Positions 14,492-23,500 of a stretch of DNA of 28,568 nt are shown here, in pieces. A program made the position numbers and the translations under genes. The notes under the pieces were generated by a model that saw only the letters and a program-made list of their open reading frames with translations, ran no database searches and was not told the origin of the DNA. Source of the stretch: a virus (Duplodnaviria > Caudoviricetes); IMG/VR virus record IMGVR_UViG_3300033475_000888, positions 1 through 28,568 of that record. The stretch is one strand, 5' to 3'. The stretch's first letter is position 1; the number at the start of each line of letters is the position of its first letter.

Positions 14492-15244
14492 TCAGTGCAG
14501 GATCGGCTGGACAACGTCTCCGCCCTCGCCGAGCAGGACGTCCAGATCGGTCCAGGACATGCCGAAGTAGCCGTCCCGGCCCCACCCGGTGCCCCACGAG
14601 TTGGGGCCCCACACCATCTGGTTTTCGACGTCGAGGCGGGTGAGTTCGTATTCGTGGCCGCCGGCGAGCCCGGAGCGCTCGTCGACGGTGACCACACCGT
14701 CCCGGTCCGGCTCGAACATGGACTGGAACCAGGCACTTCCGACGGCGATAGGGCCCGCGGCGAGCAGGCGCAGCGCGGTATGCAGCGAGCGGGTGTGGCG
14801 CCATCCGGCGATGAGGCCGCGCTTCTCGAGCGCGGTCATGGCCCACGGGCCGGAGGATCCGGTGTCGTCGTTGGGCCATTCACCGGGGATCTGGGTGTCG
14901 TCGAGCTGTGTTTCCTCGTGGTAGAGGCGAACCGCGTCGTCCTCGGTGAACGCCCAGCCGGCGCGGTGGAATGGTGCGGTCATCAGGCAGCCGAGGGCGG
15001 CATTCGCGGTGCAGTTGCCGAGCGCGGTCACGCTGGGGTCGCCGCCGAGTTCGCTGATCACCGCGGGGTTGCAGTGGTCCTGGTCGAACGGTGCGCACAC
15101 ACGCTGGTGGTCGACGCTGGCCAGCGGACGCCGCGCCAGGGTGCGCGGGGTGACCTCCCGATCGGGGGTGAGCGCATCGTGGATCCGGTGGCGGCCGAGC
15201 CGGTGCGGGTTGTCGGGGTGTTCGCGCAGGTAGCGGAAGGTCAT
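14492..15244 (-). CDS. Papain-like (C1) cysteine peptidase, 250 aa
   Basis: DQ...GNCTANA, GGHEY, NSWGTGWGRDGYF; GAGG RBS before ATG 15244. Confidence 0.88.
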   Translation of the reverse strand: MTFRYLREHPDNPHRLGRHRIHDALTPDREVTPRTLARRPLASVDHQRVCAPFDQDHCNPAVISELGGDPSVTALGNCTANAALGCLMTAPFHRAGWAFTEDDAVRLYHEETQLDDTQIPGEWPNDDTGSSGPWAMTALEKRGLIAGWRHTRSLHTALRLLAAGPIAVGSAWFQSMFEPDRDGVVTVDERSGLAGGHEYELTRLDVENQMVWGPNSWGTGWGRDGYFGMSWTDLDVLLGEGGDVVQPILH

Positions 15245-15256
15245 GGTTCCTCGCAT

Positions 15257-15286
15257 GAGAAAGCCCCAACCGGGGCGGCTGGGGCT
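15257..15286 (-). terminator. Terminator/attenuator between tail genes and lysis cassette
   Basis: Minus strand AGCCCCAGCCG-CCC-CGGTTGGGGCT-TTCTC. Confidence 0.6.
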
Positions 15287-15315
15287 GGACGGATACGGAA
15301 AGGGTCGTGCGGGTG

Positions 15316-15633
15316 TCAGGTCTGGGCGGCGACATAGCCGGACACCGTGGGCCACAGCGCGGTGATCGCCGCGTCGAGGTCCGCGTCGGCACAGGTGGTG
15401 TCGAGCTGGTTGTAGGCGGCGAGCATCCAGGCGTACACGGTGACGTAGTGGTCGGCGTTGCCGATGATCGAGTTCGACAACCCGATGTAGTAGGCCTTCT
15501 GGTTCGCATCGGTAAAGGCGCCGGAGCCGATGCGGACGCACGCCGCGAGCAGCGCTGCACGTACCCGGTCGTTGAAGCCGGCGTCCTGCGCGGTGGTGGC
15601 CGCGGTGGCGTAGCTCGGTGCTGGAGTGGTCAT
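15316..15633 (-). CDS. Hypothetical helical protein after the minor tail genes, 105 aa
   Basis: GAGG RBS; position typical of a tail-fibre accessory protein. Confidence 0.8.
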   Translation of the reverse strand: MTTPAPSYATAATTAQDAGFNDRVRAALLAACVRIGSGAFTDANQKAYYIGLSNSIIGNADHYVTVYAWMLAAYNQLDTTCADADLDAAITALWPTVSGYVAAQT

Positions 15634-15639
15634 CGTTGG

Positions 15640-16221
15640 TTACCTCGTTCCCATCCAGATCAGGGTCACTTCGGTCGGCACGTTGAGCGTGGAGGAGTTG
15701 AGCGTGCAGGTCCCCGAACCCCAGTGGCCCCAATACAAAATGTCGCCTTTTCGCAGGTAGCGGGGGCGCAACCCCCAGCAGGTAACGCCGTCACCGCCCT
15801 GGTTGGTGGTGTTTCGGGCATCGCGCACCAGCGAGGCGTTGAGATCCACTGCGTTCTTGGCCATGTACGCCACGCACGTTGCCCCGGACGGAACGCTGGC
15901 GAATTGGCCGCCCACGCCGACCAGGTAGCGGCCGTCGCGGGGCACCGTCATGTAGGAGTAGGTGCCCGATACCGCAGAGGAGGTGAAGCAGCCGTCGGGG
16001 TCATCACCAGCCGCTGGTGACCAGTTTCCTTGCGCCCAGGTGTTGGCGCCTGCTCCGAGTGGCACGTTGACGGTGAGCCGGACGGTGCAGATCGGGGTGT
16101 AGGGCACCGGTACCGGTCCGGTGCGGGTCAGTTCGGCGACCTGTCGTTGCAGGCGCGCGACCTCGGCCGCCAGATCGGGTTGCATGCGTGGGCGGCCGTC
16201 GGGGATCGCGGGGTAGGTCAT
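15640..16221 (-). CDS. Minor tail protein with short coiled coil and C1q/TNF-like head, 193 aa
   Basis: LAAEVARLQRQVAEL coil; TVPRDGRYLV...F and YLRKGDIL motifs. Confidence 0.75.
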   Translation of the reverse strand: MTYPAIPDGRPRMQPDLAAEVARLQRQVAELTRTGPVPVPYTPICTVRLTVNVPLGAGANTWAQGNWSPAAGDDPDGCFTSSAVSGTYSYMTVPRDGRYLVGVGGQFASVPSGATCVAYMAKNAVDLNASLVRDARNTTNQGGDGVTCWGLRPRYLRKGDILYWGHWGSGTCTLNSSTLNVPTEVTLIWMGTR

Positions 16222-18110
16222 GTCACCGCCCCCAGCACCTGGAGTGTGAGCGCCGCGGTCCACAGGTCGGAGCCGGAGCCTGTGCCGATGATTCGGACCC
16301 CGTATTGGCCGTCATCTTCGAGCGGGTGGCCATTCAGGGTGAACACCGCGGTGTCGCCGGGGAGGACCTGGTCCATCGGCGGGGAACCGGTGCGCTGACC
16401 ACCGGCCGAGCGGCCGTCCATGCGCACGACGGCGCTCGATGTCTGGATCGGGTATTGGTTGGTGGTTGTGTCCTGCACCGCGTAGGACCGCAGGACTGAG
16501 ATGTCCGTCTCGGACATGTGTGTGGTGTCCACGGTTTGCAGCCATGGCCACCCGGCCAGGGACCACGGTGGGGAGACCGAGACGGAGTCCGCCCACGCCA
16601 GGCTGCCGCCGCTGGTGCTACGGGAGTCCTGGCCTTTCGTGATGGTGCGCCACGTCATGTCGACGCCGTCCCTGCTCGGCAGGTAGGTCTGGGCGGCTTT
16701 GCCGTAGTCCCAGGCGTGCGGGAACCCAAGCTGGCCAAGCCGCGGTTCGCCGATGCGCATGCGCCACACGAAGGCCGACTCCGACGAGTCGGTGAACTCG
16801 GGGCTGAACTCGAGTTCGGGGCCGCCGTCCATCTGGATGATGTCGGTCAGGCGCTGGCCGGTGTAGGCGAAGTCGGTGGCGTAGTAGGTGATCGTGGCGG
16901 TGCCGGTGGTGACGTCGGGCAGCACGATCGGCAACCAGAACTGCGGGTATGGGTTGCCGATGGTGGCCATCTCGACGAGGCGTCGCGCTACCGATCCCCA
17001 GGACAGGTTCTGGTTGGCCGGGTCCGAGGAGGTGGAGGAGAACACCATGTCGGCGGCCGGGTTGGTGACGTCGCCGCCCACCGAGATCAGGCCCGGCGTG
17101 CTGTAGACCAGTCGCTTGGCGGACAGGGCGTCCCACAGCGTGGTGGTGAGCAGGTCCGCGGTCGTCAGGTCATCCGACGGCGACACCTTGACCAGCATGC
17201 CGGCTTGCAGGATCTGGTGGCCGTAGCACCACAGCACGGTCCACCGCCACGGCTCCCGCAGGTACTGCCGGGTGTCGGGGTCCAGGCGGGGCCACAGCGG
17301 GATCGTGGGCCGCAGCGTGCCGGAGATGTTGATTCCGCGGGACCACTGAGGGGTCCCTGTCCATGGCAGGTCCGCCACGACCTGACCTGTGGTGGTGTTG
17401 GCCAGGGCGAGCCGGAACTGAGGCTGGCGGGGAGGCCTGGTCGCGGTGGTGCGCGACACCACGGCCGGCGGCGCGCTGCTGGTGGGCGTGGGGCTGCCGT
17501 CGCTGAGCAGTACGGCGACGACGCGGGAGAACCCGGTGGTCGCCTGATGCGCGGTGGGGGCGTCGCCCGCGCCGACCCATGTTTTGTAGGCGACGACGTT
17601 GTTGTCGTTGGAGATCTCGAACGTCCAGCCCGCATCGGCGCCGGCTTCGCCGGTGTTGTCGAGGACCGCGTAGCCCCAGTACAGCTCGGCGGGACCGGCC
17701 GGGGTCAGCGGCGGGAACGGCACATCGACCGCGTCGGCGTTGAGTTGCAGGGTGGCGGTGTCGCGCTGCCAGCTCGCCGCGGGGCCGCGACTGCTCGTGA
17801 ACTGGCTGGCGACGGCTTCGACCATGACCCCGGACACGTCGCCGTCGAACCCGAGTGTCACGGTGGCCGGCCCGGTCGAGGTGGCCACGCCGAGCCACAG
17901 GTCGTAGAGGATCGGCACGTCGTCGATCACCGGCCCGTACAGGCGCGTCCAGGTGCAGTTGCCACCCATGATCTGTGTGGACGAGATCGAGTCGGACAGC
18001 ACGTCCACGGCAAGGATGATCGAGTTGCCGACAGCGTTCGGGGTGACCGTGAGGCTGGACAGGCCGTTTCCGGATGCGGATACCAGGGTGCCGACCGGGG
18101 TAATCGCCAC
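16218..18110 (-). CDS. Minor tail (Tal/hub, ReqiPepy6 Gp37-like) protein with an extra N-terminal beta domain, 630 aa
   Basis: From about residue 230: TTGQVVADLP..WSRGIN.SG, GGPELEFSP, G.PRLGQ, GWPWL, VLPGD...RIIG. Confidence 0.8.
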   Translation of the reverse strand: MAITPVGTLVSASGNGLSSLTVTPNAVGNSIILAVDVLSDSISSTQIMGGNCTWTRLYGPVIDDVPILYDLWLGVATSTGPATVTLGFDGDVSGVMVEAVASQFTSSRGPAASWQRDTATLQLNADAVDVPFPPLTPAGPAELYWGYAVLDNTGEAGADAGWTFEISNDNNVVAYKTWVGAGDAPTAHQATTGFSRVVAVLLSDGSPTPTSSAPPAVVSRTTATRPPRQPQFRLALANTTTGQVVADLPWTGTPQWSRGINISGTLRPTIPLWPRLDPDTRQYLREPWRWTVLWCYGHQILQAGMLVKVSPSDDLTTADLLTTTLWDALSAKRLVYSTPGLISVGGDVTNPAADMVFSSTSSDPANQNLSWGSVARRLVEMATIGNPYPQFWLPIVLPDVTTGTATITYYATDFAYTGQRLTDIIQMDGGPELEFSPEFTDSSESAFVWRMRIGEPRLGQLGFPHAWDYGKAAQTYLPSRDGVDMTWRTITKGQDSRSTSGGSLAWADSVSVSPPWSLAGWPWLQTVDTTHMSETDISVLRSYAVQDTTTNQYPIQTSSAVVRMDGRSAGGQRTGSPPMDQVLPGDTAVFTLNGHPLEDDGQYGVRIIGTGSGSDLWTAALTLQVLGAVT

Positions 18111-18122
18111 GCGAACCTCCGA

Positions 18123-19220
18123 TCAGGCCGGGATGATCTGGTATGTGATCTTGTTGCGCACGTCGGCGCGCCACGTCGCCGAACCGGAGCCGATCGGGTC
18201 CAGCTTGAGCCGCGCCGTGACCGAACCGGTGTAGATCGTCGAGCCGGTCGGCAGCAGCGGAACGTTCTCCGCGCTGGGCCCGGCCACCACGATCGCGCTC
18301 GCGAACGGGCCGTTGTTGACGTTGATGTAGATGCTCGCGGTGATCCCGTTCGTGACGGCGTTCAACCGCAGGTGCGTGTTCGCCACCAGCCGGTATGGCC
18401 AGCCCGGGTCAGGGATCGTGGTGGTCACGATCGCCGTTGAGCTGGACACGGTGCCGTACACCAGCGACGCCGAGTCCGGGGTGCCCGGGTAGGTGTCGGT
18501 GACGACGAAGCTCATGGTGCCGCGCCACTGGGTGCCGTCCCAGTAGTCCACCAGCGCTGGCAGCGACCCGGCAGCGGCACGGAACCGCAGCTCGCCGCGG
18601 ACCTTGCCGGGGTCGGAGATCGCGTCGCCGGCGAGCAGGACCCGCACCGCGCCCCACAGGCCGGAGGAGCGGCGCACGTCGGTGATGCGCGCGCTCGTGA
18701 TCGTGGAGTCGTTCGCGGGCCGGTACAGCTGGGCGAGCGCACTCGCGCCGTCCGGTAGCGCGGTGGGAGCTACGGGGCTGGCCGCCGGGGTGCCCTGCAG
18801 CACGTCGAGCACGGGCCCGGTGCTGGGATCGGTGGAGATGCTGGCAATGTCCCTGACATGCGCGAACACCACGTCGATGCGCGGGTTGGACACGTCCGCG
18901 GTCGGCGGGGTGACGGTGCTCGCGCTCTCTGTCCACCCGATGTAGGGACCTTGGCCAGCCCGCTCGCACACGAACGCCCCAGGCCTGACCAGGACGGTGG
19001 TGTCCGCTGTGGCTTGGGCGTCCACCCGCAGCGAGGTGACACCGTTGGTGTCGTAGTCGTGCGGCAGGACCCCGTTGCGTACCGCGAGCGGGTCGGTTTT
19101 GACGTCCGGCACCAGCAGCGAGGCGAGCAGGCCTTTGCGGAAGTCGCGGCCGTTGTTGCGGCCTGTGGAGCCGTCCGCTTCGGTCAGCGGCAGCGCGTCG
19201 GTCATGGCGACGGCGGTCAT
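18123..19220 (-). CDS. Minor tail/baseplate protein, 365 aa
   Basis: V.VRPG...QGPY, NPRIDVV, QGTPAASPVAP..P...LAQL, ITDVR motifs of actinophage minor tail proteins; ATGA coupling to Dit. Confidence 0.82.
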   Translation of the reverse strand: MTAVAMTDALPLTEADGSTGRNNGRDFRKGLLASLLVPDVKTDPLAVRNGVLPHDYDTNGVTSLRVDAQATADTTVLVRPGAFVCERAGQGPYIGWTESASTVTPPTADVSNPRIDVVFAHVRDIASISTDPSTGPVLDVLQGTPAASPVAPTALPDGASALAQLYRPANDSTITSARITDVRRSSGLWGAVRVLLAGDAISDPGKVRGELRFRAAAGSLPALVDYWDGTQWRGTMSFVVTDTYPGTPDSASLVYGTVSSSTAIVTTTIPDPGWPYRLVANTHLRLNAVTNGITASIYINVNNGPFASAIVVAGPSAENVPLLPTGSTIYTGSVTARLKLDPIGSGSATWRADVRNKITYQIIPA

Positions 19221-20545
19221 GCGTAACTCACTCTCCACTGCACGGTCATGGTGGCCTGCGCGTTCTGCGTGCCCTCGCAGGTGAACCGGATGGCGAGCTG
19301 CTCGCCCGGTAACGCGGTGAACCACTGCGCCCGCCGCAGCAGCGGACGCCGGTTCATGCCGTTGAGCCGCACCGACCCGGTGCCGGTGTTGATCTCCAGG
19401 ACGTCGGTGGCGGACAGGTCGCCCTGGTAGGTGATCCACGAGTCCGACGTCGACACGCTGGGGTTGGAGCATGGTCCGGTGATCGTGATCAGCAGGTCGG
19501 CCTCGGCGGTGCCGTCGAGGTTGTCCACCACGACCGAGCCGGTGTCCGACGGCTGCCCCCACGACAGGCCCGTTGTGCCGGTCGGGCCGTTCCACTCCGT
19601 TCCGGTCGGGTTCAGCCGCAGCGTGGCGTCGTCGACGTACCAGACCTGTGCGGCCGCGGGCGTTCCGGAGAGAGTGGGCACCATCCGGGCCTGCACCGCG
19701 CCCGTCGGGGCTGCGGCGATCACGTCCACCTGGGTCCAGGTCGCCGCCGGCACCGACTGTGCACTGGACGAGGTCGAGATCAGCGTGCCCGCAGAGTTGT
19801 ACCAGGCGATCGACGGTGAATAGTTGCTGGTCACCGCGTTGGTGAACCACGCCCACGTGCGCGCCCGGTACGTCTTGCCCGCCACCACCGGCACCAGCTC
19901 CGACTGGATCGCCGCGGTCGCGGCCGACCCGGTCGGGGTGATCTGAGCCGAATACGTGCCGGAGTGGGCCCGCGCGGCGGACCACGCGAGCGTGCCCGAG
20001 GTCGCGGCCCACGGATCCGTGGTCGCCTCAAACGTGCTGTTGCTGTTCAAGACCGGCACGGTGCCGTTCCAGGCGACCCCGCCCGCGCCGGACTGCGCCA
20101 TCAACGTCGTGGCCGCCTGCAGGTCCGTCGCGACCAGCCGCGGCTCCGGTGCCGTGAACTGCAGGCTGTAGTCGCACCAGGTGGTTCCGGCCATAGTGAT
20201 CGTGGGCTTGTCCGAGCGGCGTACGAACGCCATGAGCGTGCCCAGGTCGTCGGCGACGGTCAGCTGCCCCATCGATCCGTCTGCCAGGCACGCCGCGAGC
20301 CGGCGCATGGCGCGTGCCCGCCCCGGGTTGTCGGGGGCTCGCAGGGTTCCGGAGATGACGATGACCCGCTTGTCCGGGTAGGCGGGCCCGTCGTAGGCGC
20401 CCGCGCCCTGCGGTCGGTCGGTGAAGTTGGTGCGCATCCCGGTGCCGTCGCGCCAACCCGAGATCGACTGGTGCCACCAGGTCACGCCGTAGTCGTCCAC
20501 GGTGGGCTGGCCCATCACCAGCCCACCCACGGTCACGGTCGTCAT
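19217..20545 (-). CDS. Distal tail protein (Dit) with an inserted CBM4/9-like domain, 442 aa
   Basis: Follows the tape measure; R.IVISG, FTAPEP, ITGPCSNP, LEINT; insert NSTFE...AHSGTYS...AGKTY...YVDDA. Confidence 0.85.
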   Translation of the reverse strand: MTTVTVGGLVMGQPTVDDYGVTWWHQSISGWRDGTGMRTNFTDRPQGAGAYDGPAYPDKRVIVISGTLRAPDNPGRARAMRRLAACLADGSMGQLTVADDLGTLMAFVRRSDKPTITMAGTTWCDYSLQFTAPEPRLVATDLQAATTLMAQSGAGGVAWNGTVPVLNSNSTFEATTDPWAATSGTLAWSAARAHSGTYSAQITPTGSAATAAIQSELVPVVAGKTYRARTWAWFTNAVTSNYSPSIAWYNSAGTLISTSSSAQSVPAATWTQVDVIAAAPTGAVQARMVPTLSGTPAAAQVWYVDDATLRLNPTGTEWNGPTGTTGLSWGQPSDTGSVVVDNLDGTAEADLLITITGPCSNPSVSTSDSWITYQGDLSATDVLEINTGTGSVRLNGMNRRPLLRRAQWFTALPGEQLAIRFTCEGTQNAQATMTVQWRVSYA

Positions 20546-23500
20546 CCCAGCCCCCTGAACGCCTCGGCCGCGCGCCTGGTCGACGCCGCGGCCAGCTCCT
20601 CGGCAGACCAGCGGTTGCCGTTGAACGACTGGTTGATGTGGATATCGCCGCCGCGGACCTCGGCGCGCAACGCCTGGATCTCGGTGAGCAACGCGTCTTC
20701 CTGCTGTGCGGTGCGTACGTTCTCCGGCGTCCGGGTGCCGTTGTAGACCGCTGTCCAGCCGGGATCGAGCAGGCCACCGTTGTCGTAGCCACCCGGCTGG
20801 TTCAGTGCGGACAGCGACCCGTAGCGGTGCAGCGCATAGTCCAGGCCGGCGTAGATGTTGCTGAGCGGATCGACCGATACCCCGTACATGTACGGACCAG
20901 CGTCGGGGCCCTTGTACGCCGCGTAGGTGCCCGCGATGACCTGCATCAGGCCGACGGACGGGTGCCCGGCCTTAGCGTTGGAGTCCCACAGGTTGACCGC
21001 GTTCGGGTTGCCGCCCGACTCCTGGTTCATGCGGCGCTCGACCGTGCCCAACCAGCCCGGGTCCTGGCCGAGCATCGAGAGAGCTTGAAGGATCGCGCCA
21101 GCCCACTGTGCGACCCCCGCACTCGGGGCATAGCCGATCATTCCGGCCACGTCGGCGGTCGGGTCGTACTGCGGCAGATCCGGCATGGTCGGGAAACCCA
21201 TGACGCGGCGGGCGTTGTTCGTCGCCAGGTATGCGGCGCCCAGCGACGCGCCGGCATACACGCTGTTCGCGGCCTGCTCGATAAGGCCGCCAGAGGCGTA
21301 ACCGGGCATCGCAGCCCCGTCATCGCCGCGCGGGAACTGCTTGTTCTGGACGGCGTGCATGAAGTCGGGCCCGTAGTAGTCGACGGCATCGACCGGCTGC
21401 ATCCATTCCCCAGCGGTCGCCCAGATCGGGATGTTGTCCGCCGACGAGTTGGGGCTGTGGCCGCCGACCGGGCCACCTGTGGCGTAGCCGGTGCCACCGA
21501 CCGTCTTCTGTTGGTTCCGGCTGTCCATGGCGTATCCGCCGGTCGACAGAACCCCGTTGAGCCACGTGTCGAAATTGCTGCGATCGACCTGGGTGATCGC
21601 GGTAACGCTGTACTGGAAATCTTTTGGTATCAGGCCGATCTGCTTGAGGTAGTCGGCAGCCTGGTCGCGGGAACCCCCGAACGCCGCTGCCACGTCGTCG
21701 ACAGCGGCCTTGTACTGCTCCTGGATCGGCAGGCCGCTCTTGCTGATCGCGTCCCACAGGCTCAAGATCATGCCGAGATTCCGCTGCCCCGCGGCGGTGT
21801 GCAGGTCGAGCGACCGCGACGCCGCGTCCTGCGCGGCCGTGAGGTTCTGCTCCGCCGCTCGCAGCTGGTCGGCCGCGCGCTGCTGCTGGTACTGGGCGTC
21901 GGTCACCTGCTGGTGGGCTTTCTGCAGCGCCAGGGAGGCCTGCTGCACACCCCACTGGGCATCCGCCACCTGCTGGTTCGCCTTCACGAGCGCCGCAGCC
22001 GAAGAGGCAACCTGGTCCTGGGCGTTGCGCAGCGCGTTCTGTGCCGAGATCACGCCCGGCGCACCGTTCACGCCGGCCTGATCCGCCGCGTTGACCTGGG
22101 CGCGGAGCTTGTCGCCGGAGTTCAGCGTGTCGTTCAGGGCGTTCTGAGCCGAGATCAGGTTGAGGGCGGCCTTGATCTGCGCTTCGTTCGTGTCCGTGAC
22201 CTGCTGCGCGGCGATCGTCCGCGCGTTGTCCGCGGTCACGCCCTGGCTGGCCGCGGCCTGCTCGGCGTCGAACAACTGGACCCGCGCCTGCTGCTCGCTC
22301 AAGACTTGGTCTTCGAGCTGCAGATGCAGGTCCTTCAGGTCTTGGATCGCCTGCTCGCGGGCCTGGTTCAGTGCCTGCTCGGCCTGGAGTTCGGACTGCT
22401 GTGACCGCGCATACGCCTGCTGCGCCGAGGCCACCCCGTTGTAGGCGTCCTGCAGCGAACGTTGCGCCTGCTCCAGCGAATGCGCCGCATTCGCGACACC
22501 CTGCTGGGCGTCGATCACGCTCTGCGCGGCCTGCGCGACGCTGTGGTGCGCGTCGGCGACGGACTGCTCGGCCTGGACGACCTGCGCATCGGCCTGCGTG
22601 AACTGCTGCGCCATCGAGGTCGCCGCCTGCGCCACCGCCAGCTGTTGCTTGAGGAACGCCTCGGATGTGGCCGCCACCGTCGCGGATGTCGCACCGGACG
22701 CCACGATCACCGACTGGTAGCCCGCGGTGACGTTCGCCAAGCTCAAGCCGAGCAGGTTCGCCGTCCCGGACGCAGCCTGCTGGTACTGCGAGCTATTCGC
22801 CAGCGCTGTCGCTGCCGTGTTCTGCGAGGCCGCCGCCGCGGCGGCCGATGCGGTCGACTTGTCGTACTCGCCGACCAGCCCGTTGAGGGCATCTAACGCC
22901 GCCTGCGCCGAGCGACCTTCGGCGTCAGTCTCGGTCCGCAGGTTGCCCGTCGCCGCGCCGTACGTGCTCGTCGACGCGGACGCCTTGGTGTGTGCGTCCA
23001 CGATTCCCTGGAGCTTCGTCCGCAGCGCGTCGAGCGATCCGCCCTGGCCCTGCAGCGCGTTCGCCAGGTCCGTCGAGGAGACCCCGAACGCGTCGACCGA
23101 CTGGGCGACCGCCTTGAAATCCGGGTCAGCCTGCAACGCGTCCTGCGCAGCCTGGTCCATCGCCCCGTGCGAGCGCTCCAGCGCCGCCGTGAGGGAGTCC
23201 ATGTTGCCGGAGAGCTGCACGGCGTCCCCACCGGTGTGGATGAACGCCGACCCCAACGCGATCGCGCCCGCAGCGAGCCCGGCGACGATGCCGATCGGGC
23301 CGGCCATCGCCGACAGGCCGATCCCCACCTCGGTGCCCGCCGCGGCTGCCGCCGCCCCCGTCGCCGTGATCGCGCCGGCCGCGGCCGACGATTCGGCCTC
23401 CACGCCCAGCATCGACGCGGTGTAGGCGGCGGCTCGTGCCGCGCCGGCCTCGAAGTTCCCGGCGAGCGACACCACGACGTTGGCCAGCGCGTTCACACCG

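Noticed and set aside
15245-15733. N-terminal extension of the peptidase ORF (413 aa in the track); similar extensions of 18123..20012 and 12208..12798
   Set aside because: Overlap other genes and a terminator; RBS-supported starts lie downstream.
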